Assembly (NCBI GenBank): GCA_050114915.1
Contig: JASFRN010000002.1
Span: 76 to 64,075, forward strand
DNA length: 64,000 bases
Reading direction: 5' to 3'
Origin: Gemmatimonadales bacterium
Lineage (GTDB): Bacteria > Gemmatimonadota > Gemmatimonadetes > Palauibacterales > Palauibacteraceae
Shown: in pieces, positions 22,520-34,584 of the stretch
Numbering within the stretch: position 1 is the first letter of the stretch
How the letters are laid out: each line of letters opens with the position of its first letter
Program-made: the position numbers and the translations under genes
Notes under the pieces: generated by a model
What the model saw: only the letters and a program-made list of their open reading frames with translations
What the model was told of the DNA's origin: nothing
Databases searched by the model: none

Positions 22520-23123
22520 GCTCGAGCGGCCGCATCGGGATGTTCGGCGGCACGTTCGATCCGCCGCACGTCGGCCACCGCATCGTGGCAGCCGACGTGA
22601 TCGAGGCACTGGAGCTCGATCGGCTGGTGATCGTCCCGGCGCCGCGGCCACCCCATCGCCGGGCCGAATTGCCGGCCGACGTCCGGCTCGGGCTGACGCG
22701 GAAGGCGTTCGCCGGCGATCCACGCATCGAGGTCAGCGACGTCGAGTACGGGCGCCGGGGTCCCTCGTTCACGGTCGACACGCTCGAGCGCATTCGGACG
22801 GCCTACCCGGACGCCCGCCTGTTCCTCGTGGTCGGATGCGACCAGTATGAAGGATTGAGCGGATGGCGAAATCCGGAGCGGATCGTCCAGCTCGCCGAGC
22901 TCGCCGTGATGCGCCGGGACGGCCGACCGCCGGAGCCGGACCCCCGCTATCCGTTCCGGGCGGTGGACGTCACCCGGGTCGATCTGTCGAGCACCGCGAT
23001 CCGACGTCGATTGACCGAGGGCCGGTCGGTGCGCTACCTGGTGCCCGATGCGATCCTCGACGACGTCCGGAGGGCGTGGGACGAACGGACCAGTGATGAA
23101 CGAATGACGGGAACCGAGACGAC

Positions 23124-23130
<7 letters not shown>
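22516..23130 (+). CDS. nadD: Nicotinate-nucleotide adenylyltransferase
   Basis: GMFGGTFDPPHVGH, an (H/T)xGH nucleotidyltransferase motif. The GTG start overlaps the BamD-like stop; an alternative ATG lies at 22540. Confidence 0.85.
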
Positions 23131-26423
<3,293 letters not shown>

Positions 26424-26467
26424 GCGCCGCCCCTCCCGGGGCGTACCGGGAGATCGCGCCGCCGCCC

Positions 26468-27214
26468 GTGCTGGCGGACCGCGTCCGCTGCGCCTGGACC
26501 CACGGTCCGGGTCCGGGCGGCGTGCAGGGCCTGCACACGGTCGCGCCGGACGGGTGCATGGACATCATCTTCGACCTCGAAGACGGAACGGCGAGCTTCG
26601 TGGGGACGATGAGCGGCGCCCGGACCTTCCGCGTCCCGCCGCGCCGCTATCTGGGCGTGCGCTTCGCCCCCGGCGGATGTGGGGCGCTGCGGGCGGCCGC
26701 CGACGAGCTCGTCGACGCCCACGAGTCGCTCGAGGATGCGATCCCCGCGGCCGGAGAGGTCACGGGCCTGGCCGAGCGCATGGCGGACGCGCCCGGCGCG
26801 GCGGAGACGATCCTGTGGCCGGTCCTCGGTGCCTGGCTCGCGTCGCGCGGGGCGGATCCCGCCGTCGCCGCGGCCGACCGGCACGTGCGCCGCAGCCGCG
26901 GCCGCGTCAGCGTCGAGGAGCTCGCCGGGGCGCTCGGCCTGTCGGAGCGCACCCTCGAGCGTCGCTATCGTCGTCACGTCGGCCTCACCCCGAAGCACTG
27001 CCTGCGGATCGAGCGCTTGAACGCGGCGCGCGGCCTCGTCGAGCGCGCGTGCGGCCCGTCGCTGTCGGCGATCGCGTACGGAAGCGGGTACGCCGACCAG
27101 GCGCACTTCACGCGCGAGTTTCGCTCGCTGCTCGGCCGCTCGCCCGGCGAATGGCGGTCGGGGCTTCGCACGCCTGTCGGATTCGTTCAAGACGGAGATG
27201 CCGCCGAGGTCTAG
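26468..27214 (+). CDS. AraC-family transcriptional regulator
   Basis: The C-terminal HTH matches the AraC pattern (LSERTLERRYRRHVGLTPKHCLRIERLNAAR...YADQAHFTREFRSLLGRSP). The GTG start at 26468 is inferred. Confidence 0.7.
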   Translation: MLADRVRCAWTHGPGPGGVQGLHTVAPDGCMDIIFDLEDGTASFVGTMSGARTFRVPPRRYLGVRFAPGGCGALRAAADELVDAHESLEDAIPAAGEVTGLAERMADAPGAAETILWPVLGAWLASRGADPAVAAADRHVRRSRGRVSVEELAGALGLSERTLERRYRRHVGLTPKHCLRIERLNAARGLVERACGPSLSAIAYGSGYADQAHFTREFRSLLGRSPGEWRSGLRTPVGFVQDGDAAEV

Positions 27215-27259
27215 ACTGGCCGCATGAAGACTCCGAAATCCCCCGTGCGAGAGGTGACC

Positions 27260-27649
27260 ATGAAGAAGCTGACGCCGGTACTGTTCGTCGAGTCGATCGA
27301 ACCGATCCTGCCGTTCTGGGAGGGCCGATTGGGCTTCGAGCGCACGGTCGAGGTTCCCGAGGGCGAGCGCCTCGGCTTCGTCATCCTGCAAAAGGGCGGC
27401 GTCGAGATCATGGCGCAGTCGCGCGCCAGCGTCGCGGCAGACGTGCCACAGCTGGCGGATACTCCGCTGGGGGGCACGCTGCTGTTCATCGAGGTGGACG
27501 ACATCGATGCCGTGGAAGCGGCGCTCGAGGGGGCCGAGATCGTGATGTCGCGTCGCACGACCTTCTACGGGGCCACGGAAGTCGCCGTCAGGGAGCCGGG
27601 CGGCAACATCGTGACCTTCGCCGAATTCGGCGAGGCACCCGAGTCCTGA
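27260..27649 (+). CDS. VOC/glyoxalase-bleomycin resistance family protein
   Basis: About 130 aa with a betaalphabetabetabeta-type pattern. ATG at 27260 preceded by GAGAGGTG. Confidence 0.7.
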   Translation: MKKLTPVLFVESIEPILPFWEGRLGFERTVEVPEGERLGFVILQKGGVEIMAQSRASVAADVPQLADTPLGGTLLFIEVDDIDAVEAALEGAEIVMSRRTTFYGATEVAVREPGGNIVTFAEFGEAPES

Positions 27650-27667
27650 TCGCAGGGCGCGTACGGA

Positions 27668-27696
27668 TTGACGTTTGGCCGTTGCCGGCATAGATT
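27668..27696 (+). promoter_or_regulatory. Putative sigma70-type promoter in the cspA upstream region
   Basis: TTGACG, then 17 nt, then TAGATT. Confidence 0.35.
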
Positions 27697-27742
27697 ATCC
27701 GTTGCGGACGGATCTCGGTTCGACCGTTGGTTTCGACATGGA

Positions 27743-27778
27743 GGCGGGGTCTTCCATCGGAAGATCGCCGCCTTTTTT
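27743..27778 (+). terminator. Intrinsic-terminator-like hairpin plus T6 inside the cspA leader (attenuator, or the terminator of the VOC gene)
   Basis: GGCGGGGTCTTCCATCGGAAGATCGCCGCC followed by TTTTTT. Confidence 0.4.
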
Positions 27779-27889
27779 GATTTGACGGCGTGGCGAGGTC
27801 GCCACGCGAGTCGCGCGGACTGTTCCGCGCATCTATGGTCTTGAGGTGCGGGTCATCCGCTCGAAGGATCGTAACACAGAAGGAGTGCG

Positions 27890-28102
27890 ATGATGCGCAC
27901 CAAGGGTACAGTAAAGTGGTTCGACGATCAGAAGGGGTATGGATTCATCACCCCCGAGAACGGTGAGAAGGACTGCTTCGTTCATCACAACAGCATCCAG
28001 TCCGAGGGTTTCCGGAGCCTCACCGAGGGAGCCACGGTCGAATTCGACATCGTCCAGGGTCCGAAGGGACCGGCGGCCGAGAACGTGGTCCAGGTTTCCT
28101 GA
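27890..28102 (+). CDS. cspA: Cold-shock protein, CspA family
   Basis: 70 aa, [47 protein letters not shown]1/RNP2 motifs are present. Confidence 0.9.
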   Translation: MMRTKGTVKWFDDQKGYGFITPENGEKDCFVHHNSIQSEGFRSLTEGATVEFDIVQGPKGPAAENVVQVS

Positions 28103-28126
28103 CCACCAGGTCGTGAGATGAAGAGA

Positions 28127-28160
28127 GCGGGCCTCCGGGAGACCGGGGGCCCGCTTTTTT
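28127..28160 (+). terminator. Rho-independent terminator of cspA
   Basis: GCGGGCCTCCGGGAGACCGGGGGCCCGC followed by TTTTTT, 25 nt after the stop. Confidence 0.6.
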
Positions 28161-28186
28161 GCGTCAGCGCCCGGGCGCTGACGGGC

Positions 28187-28963
28187 TCATTCCTCCGTGG
28201 CCGGCTCGAACCGGAGGGGCGCGGGGTCGCTCCCGCCGAAGATCAGCAGGTTCGAGTCGATGATCTCCCACTGGTCCGCGTCGCGCAGCGCCGCGAAGAA
28301 CCGGTCTTCCTGCCGGCTGATCGCCTCGGGGCAGGCCATCCGTGTCGACGCGAGCGCGCCGAAGCTGATCGAATCCCCCGACACCTCGACGGGACCGGAA
28401 TACCGATTGCAGGAGCCCCGTCCGGCGACCGTCCCGTCCTCGCCGAACCTCAGCGTTACGTCGACGTCCGCCAGGGCCGGTGTCCCGCCCAGATCGGCGA
28501 GCTTCCAGGCGCTTCCCGCCAGCGATGCCGGAACGCCCGTCCCTTCGACCGTCACCGTTGCGGGGGGTGAGATCGAGTCCCCGGCGGCCTCGGCTCCGAC
28601 GTCCGATCCGACCGGCGCCTCTCCCACGCGGCGCAGGCGCACGATGTCCACGACCGGCCCGACCATCCGGATCGAGGCCACGTCGGCGCGTGCGCGCACG
28701 TCGGCCTCGACGGGCGTGCCGTCGATGCGATACCCCTCCGGCAGATTCGTCGGATCGTAGCTGGTGCCGTCTTCCGCGCGTATGACGAACACGCCCCCCT
28801 CCAGGTCGAGGTGGATGACCGTGCCGGAGACGCGGGTGACGTCCGCCCCCTCGAGGTCCGGCATGAGGACGTCCCAGTCGCCGCCGCCGGCGGTGCAGGC
28901 CGCGAAGGCGAGCAGGAAGGGCGCGAGCCCGAGGGATCCGAGTGGACGTGTCGTCGCGCGCAT
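28187..28963 (-). CDS. META-domain (HslJ-like, DUF306) lipoprotein
   Basis: Lipobox LLAFAAC. The C-terminus GSCNRYSGPVEVSGDSISFGALASTRMACPE is the META-domain pattern. Confidence 0.65.
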   Translation of the reverse strand: MRATTRPLGSLGLAPFLLAFAACTAGGGDWDVLMPDLEGADVTRVSGTVIHLDLEGGVFVIRAEDGTSYDPTNLPEGYRIDGTPVEADVRARADVASIRMVGPVVDIVRLRRVGEAPVGSDVGAEAAGDSISPPATVTVEGTGVPASLAGSAWKLADLGGTPALADVDVTLRFGEDGTVAGRGSCNRYSGPVEVSGDSISFGALASTRMACPEAISRQEDRFFAALRDADQWEIIDSNLLIFGGSDPAPLRFEPATEE

Positions 28964-29106
28964 GTTCTCTCCGTGGTCGTGGATGGCGCCGCGGTGGCGC
29001 CGGGTACGCAACGCTCTGCGGAATCGACGTGTCTGAACCTACCGGGCGACCGCCTCCGGCAGGAGGTGGCCCCCCGGGGCCCCCCACTTCAGACAGGAAG
29101 GCACCG

Positions 29107-30327
29107 ATGCGTTCGATCAGATTCGCTTCCCTCTTCGGGGTCCTGGCCATGGCCGCCTGCGGCGAGTCGGCGGGCTCGTCCGCCTGGCAGGGCACCGTCG
29201 ACACGCTGGCCGGCGGGACGGTGGTCGTTCACAACGGCGGTGCTCCCCTGCTCGCCGGGGCCTCGGGCTGGCGGCTGGAGGAGGAAATCCGCATCGGGAC
29301 CCGGATGGGCGACGGCCCCGCGGCGTTCGGGCGGATCGGCTGGCTCCTGACCGACCCGGATGGCGATATCTACGTACTCGACACGCAGGCTCAGGAAGTT
29401 CGCGTATTCGACGCGGACGGTACGTATCTGCGCACCATCGGCCGCCCGGGCGAGGGGCCGGGCGAGTTCAAGCAGGCGGCCGCGATGGGCTGGTCGCCGT
29501 CCGGGGACCTCCGCGTCGTCGATCCCGGCACGGGCCGGCTGAGCGTGTTTCGCACGTCCGGGGAGCTGATCGAGACGCATCCGCTGCCCGGCGGCTTCCA
29601 GGTCTACCCGTGGCCGGGCGTGTTCGCGCCCGACGGCGGGCTGGTCGTGCCGGTGCCTCACGAACGCGACGGCGAGTTCGAGATCGGCCTGCTGCGCTAT
29701 GGCCCCGACCTCGTTCCCGGCGACACGCTGAGTGCGCCCCGGTTCGACGGTGAAGAGCGCTACTTCGAGCTCGCGGACGAAGACGGCGGTGGGATTCGGG
29801 CCTCGGTGCCGTTCAGCGGCGGGGTGCAATGGGATCTCACGCCCGCCGGTGAGTTCTGGGTAGCGACGAACACCAACCGATACGAGATCGAGAAGCTGAG
29901 CCCCGCCGGAGACACCGTGATGCGCATCGAGCGGGCCTTCGAGCCCGCACCGCTCACGGGGGCGGAGAAGGACAGCGCCGTGGCCGGCCTGAAGTGGTTC
30001 ACCGACCAGGGTGGTCGGGTCGACCGATCGGCCTTCCCGGATCGCCGGCCGGCCATCGTCCGGCTCTGGGTCGCTCCGACGGGTACCCTCATCGTGCAGC
30101 CGACGGCGGCCGCGTTCGGGTCCGGGTGGAACGCGCCGGCGACCACGCTCGACCTGTTCGAGCCGAACGGGCGCTGGCTGACCCGCCTGTCGCTTCCCGA
30201 GGGATTCTCCACCTCGTGGCCGGAGCCCCTGTTCACCGACTCGGTGGTCTATGCCGGCGTCCGCGACGAGCTGGACGTCCCGTACGTCGTCCGCTTCCGC
30301 CTCGTGCGCCCTGGAGGCTCACCGTAG
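29107..30327 (+). CDS. Beta-propeller (NHL/6-bladed-like) lipoprotein of unknown function
   Basis: Lipobox VLAMAAC and repeated beta-strand-rich modules (DGDIYVLD, GDLRVVD...). Confidence 0.5.
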   Translation: MRSIRFASLFGVLAMAACGESAGSSAWQGTVDTLAGGTVVVHNGGAPLLAGASGWRLEEEIRIGTRMGDGPAAFGRIGWLLTDPDGDIYVLDTQAQEVRVFDADGTYLRTIGRPGEGPGEFKQAAAMGWSPSGDLRVVDPGTGRLSVFRTSGELIETHPLPGGFQVYPWPGVFAPDGGLVVPVPHERDGEFEIGLLRYGPDLVPGDTLSAPRFDGEERYFELADEDGGGIRASVPFSGGVQWDLTPAGEFWVATNTNRYEIEKLSPAGDTVMRIERAFEPAPLTGAEKDSAVAGLKWFTDQGGRVDRSAFPDRRPAIVRLWVAPTGTLIVQPTAAAFGSGWNAPATTLDLFEPNGRWLTRLSLPEGFSTSWPEPLFTDSVVYAGVRDELDVPYVVRFRLVRPGGSP

Positions 30328-31416
30328 GGTATCGGAGATCCGGTCGAGCATCCCGACGGCCCGACGCGTCCACGTGAGCTCCCGGGCCCGGGCCAGGGTC
30401 TGGCCGGCCATGGCGCGATACGCGTCGAAGTCCGAGTACATGCGATCGATCGCGGCCGCCCACGACTCGGGAGTGCGGTCGACGAGGAGCCCCTCGCGAC
30501 CGTCGGTGACGTAGGCGGTGACGACCTCCGCCCGGGTGGCGATCGTCGGCAGCGCGGCGGACAGGCATTCGACGAGCTTCAGCGGCGTGTGCGCATGCCG
30601 ATCGAACGCCTCCGACAGGGGAATCACCCCCACGTCCACCCGCGCTCGCTGCTCGACCAGCTCGGCCGGAGACATCCACTCCTGAACCTCGACACGCTCG
30701 CCGATCCCCAGCGCCTTCGCTTCGCCCGCGATGCGGGCGCGCTCGCCCCCGTCACGCGTCCCCACCACGAGCAGCCCGACACCCTCGCTGCGGCAGCGGG
30801 CGAGCCCTTCCATGACGATTCCGAGCGGGTAGCGGGGTTGGATCGAACCGAGATAACCCAGGCGGCGGGAAAACTCCTCCCGGCGGTTCGGGCGGGGAAA
30901 CCGGGTGCCCGACAGGGCCGCATCTACTTCGAGACCCGGAAACTGCGTGCGGTACCGCTCCACCTGGGGCTTCGAGGTGCAGAACACTCCGTCGATCCGC
31001 GGCAGCCAGCGGCGAACCTCCCGGTCACCCCCCGAATACTCGTGCGATTCGAAGAACACGCGCAAGCCGCGTTTCCGGAGCCGGACGGCCCACGGCAGGA
31101 ACGCCGCGTCTCGAAACAACACCGTGTTCCGGTCGCTGTAAAGCAGGCGTCGATATGCGAGGGCGTGGAAGAGCCGATTCGACCCGAACGGCCGCGGAGC
31201 CCGGATCCCCTGGACGTCGGGCAGGATGATGTCGGTCGCTTTCTCCAGCGCACGACTCGGCGCCTCGCGGCCCGTGCGCCGCACTACGAGCCGCAGGTCG
31301 GCGCCGGCTTCGACGAAGCCCTGCGCGGCGAGGGCCGCGTAGGCGAGTTCCGGCGTGTCTCCCGGCACGCCGGCGCCGCTCAGGTAGGCCAGGCGCGGGT
31401 ACTCCGACACTCCCAT
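30319..31416 (-). CDS. Glycosyltransferase family 4 (GT-B, group 1)
   Basis: C-terminal EX7E-like region (GVIPLSEAFDRHAHTPLKLVECLSAALPTIAT), which is GT4-typical. Confidence 0.75.
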   Translation of the reverse strand: MGVSEYPRLAYLSGAGVPGDTPELAYAALAAQGFVEAGADLRLVVRRTGREAPSRALEKATDIILPDVQGIRAPRPFGSNRLFHALAYRRLLYSDRNTVLFRDAAFLPWAVRLRKRGLRVFFESHEYSGGDREVRRWLPRIDGVFCTSKPQVERYRTQFPGLEVDAALSGTRFPRPNRREEFSRRLGYLGSIQPRYPLGIVMEGLARCRSEGVGLLVVGTRDGGERARIAGEAKALGIGERVEVQEWMSPAELVEQRARVDVGVIPLSEAFDRHAHTPLKLVECLSAALPTIATRAEVVTAYVTDGREGLLVDRTPESWAAAIDRMYSDFDAYRAMAGQTLARARELTWTRRAVGMLDRISDTLR

Positions 31417-31592
31417 GCTGATGATCCCCGATTCCGATGGTCCACGTCGACACGTGACTCCGGGGAACCCCCGCGGAGACGGTCGGTTCCGCAGGGGGGA
31501 GGAGGAACCCGACGGCGCCAAGATGCGCGATCCTGGATGTGGGGGCCAGACGCGGACCCGCGTGTCGCCAGATGCGCCGGTTCCCGGGACGG

Positions 31593-32060
31593 TCAGGGCG
31601 ACGCGACGACTACTTCACAGCGGAGGGACGCGGCGATGAAGCACGCCTCGTGGGCGGCTTCGTGGAGTCCGGCCAGCTCTTCGGCCGTCGGCGCGAGTGA
31701 GCCGGAGAACCGGACGTCCGGCTGCAGGACCACGCGGGAGAAGGCGAGTCGGCCGGGGGCGATCGGTTCGAGAAGACCGAAGGCCCGGTCGACGTACGCG
31801 TCGACGACGAAGCCCCGGCGGGCCGCCAGCGACAGGAACCACAGCATGTGGCAGCTCGAGGCGGAGGCGACGAGGGCCTCTTCCGGGTCGACGGCCGTCT
31901 CTACCGACAGCGGGACGGGGACGACGTGCGGCGAGGCGGATGCGGCGACCGTGACGCCGCCGTCGAACGTCCATTCGTGTCTTCGGCTGTATCTTCCGTC
32001 GACGAAGGGCTGGTCGCCCCGTGACCAGGATACCCGGGCTTCGTGACGCTGACGAGTCAT
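31593..32060 (-). CDS. OsmC/Ohr-family peroxiredoxin-like protein
   Basis: 155 aa with two conserved Cys contexts (SASSCHML and HEACFIA), typical of the OsmC fold. Confidence 0.6.
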   Translation of the reverse strand: MTRQRHEARVSWSRGDQPFVDGRYSRRHEWTFDGGVTVAASASPHVVPVPLSVETAVDPEEALVASASSCHMLWFLSLAARRGFVVDAYVDRAFGLLEPIAPGRLAFSRVVLQPDVRFSGSLAPTAEELAGLHEAAHEACFIAASLRCEVVVASP

Positions 32061-32158
32061 GGATGGCTCCTTCGCCGACCGCCGGGACTGGCCCGCGGGC
32101 CGACGATCCCGTTACTTGCGGGCCCAGGACGAACTCGAACAATCAACGAACTGAGGAT

Positions 32159-32881
32159 ATGCCCTTGCGTCCCAATCGTCACTCTCATTGGATCCTCGCC
32201 GGCGCGATGCTCGTGTCGCTGGCGGCGTGCCAGCCGCAGGCCGCCGATACCGGCGCCAACGCCTCGCTGGAGACGGCCGACCAGAAGGCGAGCTACGGCA
32301 TCGGCCGCAACATCGGCCAGGGGTTGGCCCCGATGGCCGACCGGATCGACATCGACGCCTTCGCGGCCGGTCTCCGTGATGCGCTGGCCGAGAGCGAATC
32401 CGCCGTTCCGCAGGCCGAGCTCGACTCGACGCTGCAGGCCTTCCAGATGGACCTTCAGCAGGCCCAGCAGCAGCAGATGGCCGCGGAGGCCGAGACGAAC
32501 AAGGCCGCCGCGGATTCCTTCATGGCCGCGAACGGAGAGAAAGAAGGCGTGCAGACCACAGATTCCGGACTCGAATACCAGGTGATCGAAGCGGGCGACG
32601 GTCCGAAGCCGGGCCCCGACGACACGGTCACGATCCACTACAGCGGCACGCTGCCGGACGGCACCAAGTTCGACAGCTCCTACGATCGTGGCCAACCCGC
32701 CACCTTCTCGGTGCAGGGCGTGATCCCCGGATTCTCGGAAGGCCTGCAGCTGATGCCGGTGGGTAGCAAGTACAAGCTGTTCATTCCGCCGGATCTCGGC
32801 TACGGTCCGCGCGGACAGGGCCCGATTCCGCCGAACTCGGCCCTCGTGTTCGAAGTCGAGATGCTCAGCATCGGGAGCTGA
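32159..32881 (+). CDS. fkpA: FKBP-type peptidyl-prolyl cis-trans isomerase lipoprotein (FkpA/Mip-like)
   Basis: Lipobox LAACQ, an N-terminal helical dimerisation region, and a C-terminal FKBP domain (GLEYQVIEAGDG...GVIPGFSEGLQLMPVGSKYKLFIPPDLGYG). Confidence 0.85.
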   Translation: MPLRPNRHSHWILAGAMLVSLAACQPQAADTGANASLETADQKASYGIGRNIGQGLAPMADRIDIDAFAAGLRDALAESESAVPQAELDSTLQAFQMDLQQAQQQQMAAEAETNKAAADSFMAANGEKEGVQTTDSGLEYQVIEAGDGPKPGPDDTVTIHYSGTLPDGTKFDSSYDRGQPATFSVQGVIPGFSEGLQLMPVGSKYKLFIPPDLGYGPRGQGPIPPNSALVFEVEMLSIGS

Positions 32882-32900
32882 CCGGCCGGGAAGAAGAGCT

Positions 32901-34559
32901 TCAGACGTGGCGGGCCGCGTGACGGCCCGCGCGTCGCCCGCCGAAGATGCATCCGCCGAGGAACGTGCCCTCGAGCGCTCCGTAGCCGTGATAGCCGCCG
33001 CCTCCGAAGCCGGCCACCTCGCCGACCGCGTATAGCCCCGGAATCGCCCGGCCCTCCTCGTCGAGCGCCTGCCCGTCGAGGTTCACGTGGATCCCGCCGA
33101 GGCATTTCCGGGTGAGAACGCGCAGCCGCACCGCCACGAGCGGACCGTGGCGTGGATCGAGGATGCGGTGGGGGCGCGCCGTCCGGACGAAGCGGTCGCC
33201 GAGGTAGCGCCGCGCGCCGCGAAGCGCGACGACCTGCGCGTCCTTGCTGAACGGATTCCCGATCTCGCGGTCGCGGGCCTCGATTTGCGCCCGCAGGTGC
33301 GCCGGGTCGATCCGCGGATCCCCGGCCAGGGCGTTCATCCGCTCGACCAGCGGCTCGAGCGCCGGCCCTGTGAGCCAGTCCTCTCCTTCGTCGAGAAACT
33401 TCTGCACGGGCCCCGGCGGCCCCGGAGAAAGGCGCTGGCGGAGCACGCTCCACCAGCCGCCCGAGGTGAGGTCCGGGTTCTGTTCCGAGCCGGACAGCGC
33501 GATCTCCTTCTCCGCGATCCGCCGGTTGAGGACGAACCAGGAGTGCGTGTGTCCCGAAGAGAGGATTCGCTGCAAGGTGCTGGGCGTATCGAAGCCCGGC
33601 AGGCAGGGAGGAGGCAGGCGGTCGCCTCGGGCGTCGATCCAGATGGGGGAGGGTCCGGAGAGGATGCGGATTCCGTGGTTGGGCCAGATGGGGGACCAGT
33701 TCCCGACGCCCTCCGTGTAGTGCCACATCCGGTCGGTATTGACGAGAGCGGCCCCGGCCGCGGCGGACACGTCGAGCATGCGACCGTCCACGTGATGCGG
33801 CACGCCGCTCAGCATCTCCGCGGGGGCGGGACCGAGCCGGTCGACGGGCCAGTGGCGGCGCACCAGCTCGAGGTTGGCGCCGAGCCCGCCGGAGGCGACG
33901 ATCACCGCGGAGGCGCCGAGCTCGAACGCTCCCGTCACGTCCCGGTTCGAGCGCCGCCCGCGGGCGACCTTCGCGGGGGCGAGGATCTCGCCGGCGACCC
34001 CCTCGACGCGGCCGGTGGTCACCAGCAATCGCGTGACCCTGTGGCGAAACCGAAGCTCGACGCGGCCGGCCTCGACGTGCGCCCGCACGCGCCGGACGAA
34101 CGGGGCGAGCACGCCCGGTCCGGTTCCCCAGGTCACGTGGAACCGGGGCACCGAGTTGCCGTGTCCGTCGGCCAGGACGCCCCCGCGTTCCGCCCAGCCG
34201 GGCACGGGAAACCAGCGCATCCCCTGGGCGTGGAGCCACGGACGCATCTCGCCGGCCGCGAACTCGATGAACGCCTCCGCCGTGCGGCGCGGCCACTCGT
34301 CCTCCGGCCGGTCGAAGCGGGCCGTGCCCATCCAGTCCTGCAGGGCGAGCTCCCGGCTGTCGTGGATGCCGAGGCGCCGCTGCTCGGGGCTGTCGACCAG
34401 GAACAGTCCGCCGAGCGACCACCAGGCCTGTCCGCCCAGCGAGTTCTCTCCTTCCTGGTCGACCACCACGACGCGCCGGCCCGCGTCCCCGAGCTCCGTC
34501 GCGGCCACGAGCCCGGCGAGTCCCGCCCCCACGACCACCACGTCGGTGCGATCGTTCAT
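32901..34559 (-). CDS. FAD-binding dehydrogenase (fumarate reductase/KstD-like flavoprotein family)
   Basis: N-terminal VVVVGAGLAGLVAA...VVVVDQEG dinucleotide fold. 552 aa. Confidence 0.75.
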   Translation of the reverse strand: MNDRTDVVVVGAGLAGLVAATELGDAGRRVVVVDQEGENSLGGQAWWSLGGLFLVDSPEQRRLGIHDSRELALQDWMGTARFDRPEDEWPRRTAEAFIEFAAGEMRPWLHAQGMRWFPVPGWAERGGVLADGHGNSVPRFHVTWGTGPGVLAPFVRRVRAHVEAGRVELRFRHRVTRLLVTTGRVEGVAGEILAPAKVARGRRSNRDVTGAFELGASAVIVASGGLGANLELVRRHWPVDRLGPAPAEMLSGVPHHVDGRMLDVSAAAGAALVNTDRMWHYTEGVGNWSPIWPNHGIRILSGPSPIWIDARGDRLPPPCLPGFDTPSTLQRILSSGHTHSWFVLNRRIAEKEIALSGSEQNPDLTSGGWWSVLRQRLSPGPPGPVQKFLDEGEDWLTGPALEPLVERMNALAGDPRIDPAHLRAQIEARDREIGNPFSKDAQVVALRGARRYLGDRFVRTARPHRILDPRHGPLVAVRLRVLTRKCLGGIHVNLDGQALDEEGRAIPGLYAVGEVAGFGGGGYHGYGALEGTFLGGCIFGGRRAGRHAARHV

Positions 34560-34584
34560 GCCCGGCCCCTCGCAGCGGTTCGCA

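Noticed and set aside
31522-31592. Possible terminator after the OsmC-like gene
   Set aside because: Only a short palindrome (ACGCGGGTCCGCGT) with no U-tract. This is insufficient evidence, and the downstream GT4 gene may be cotranscribed.
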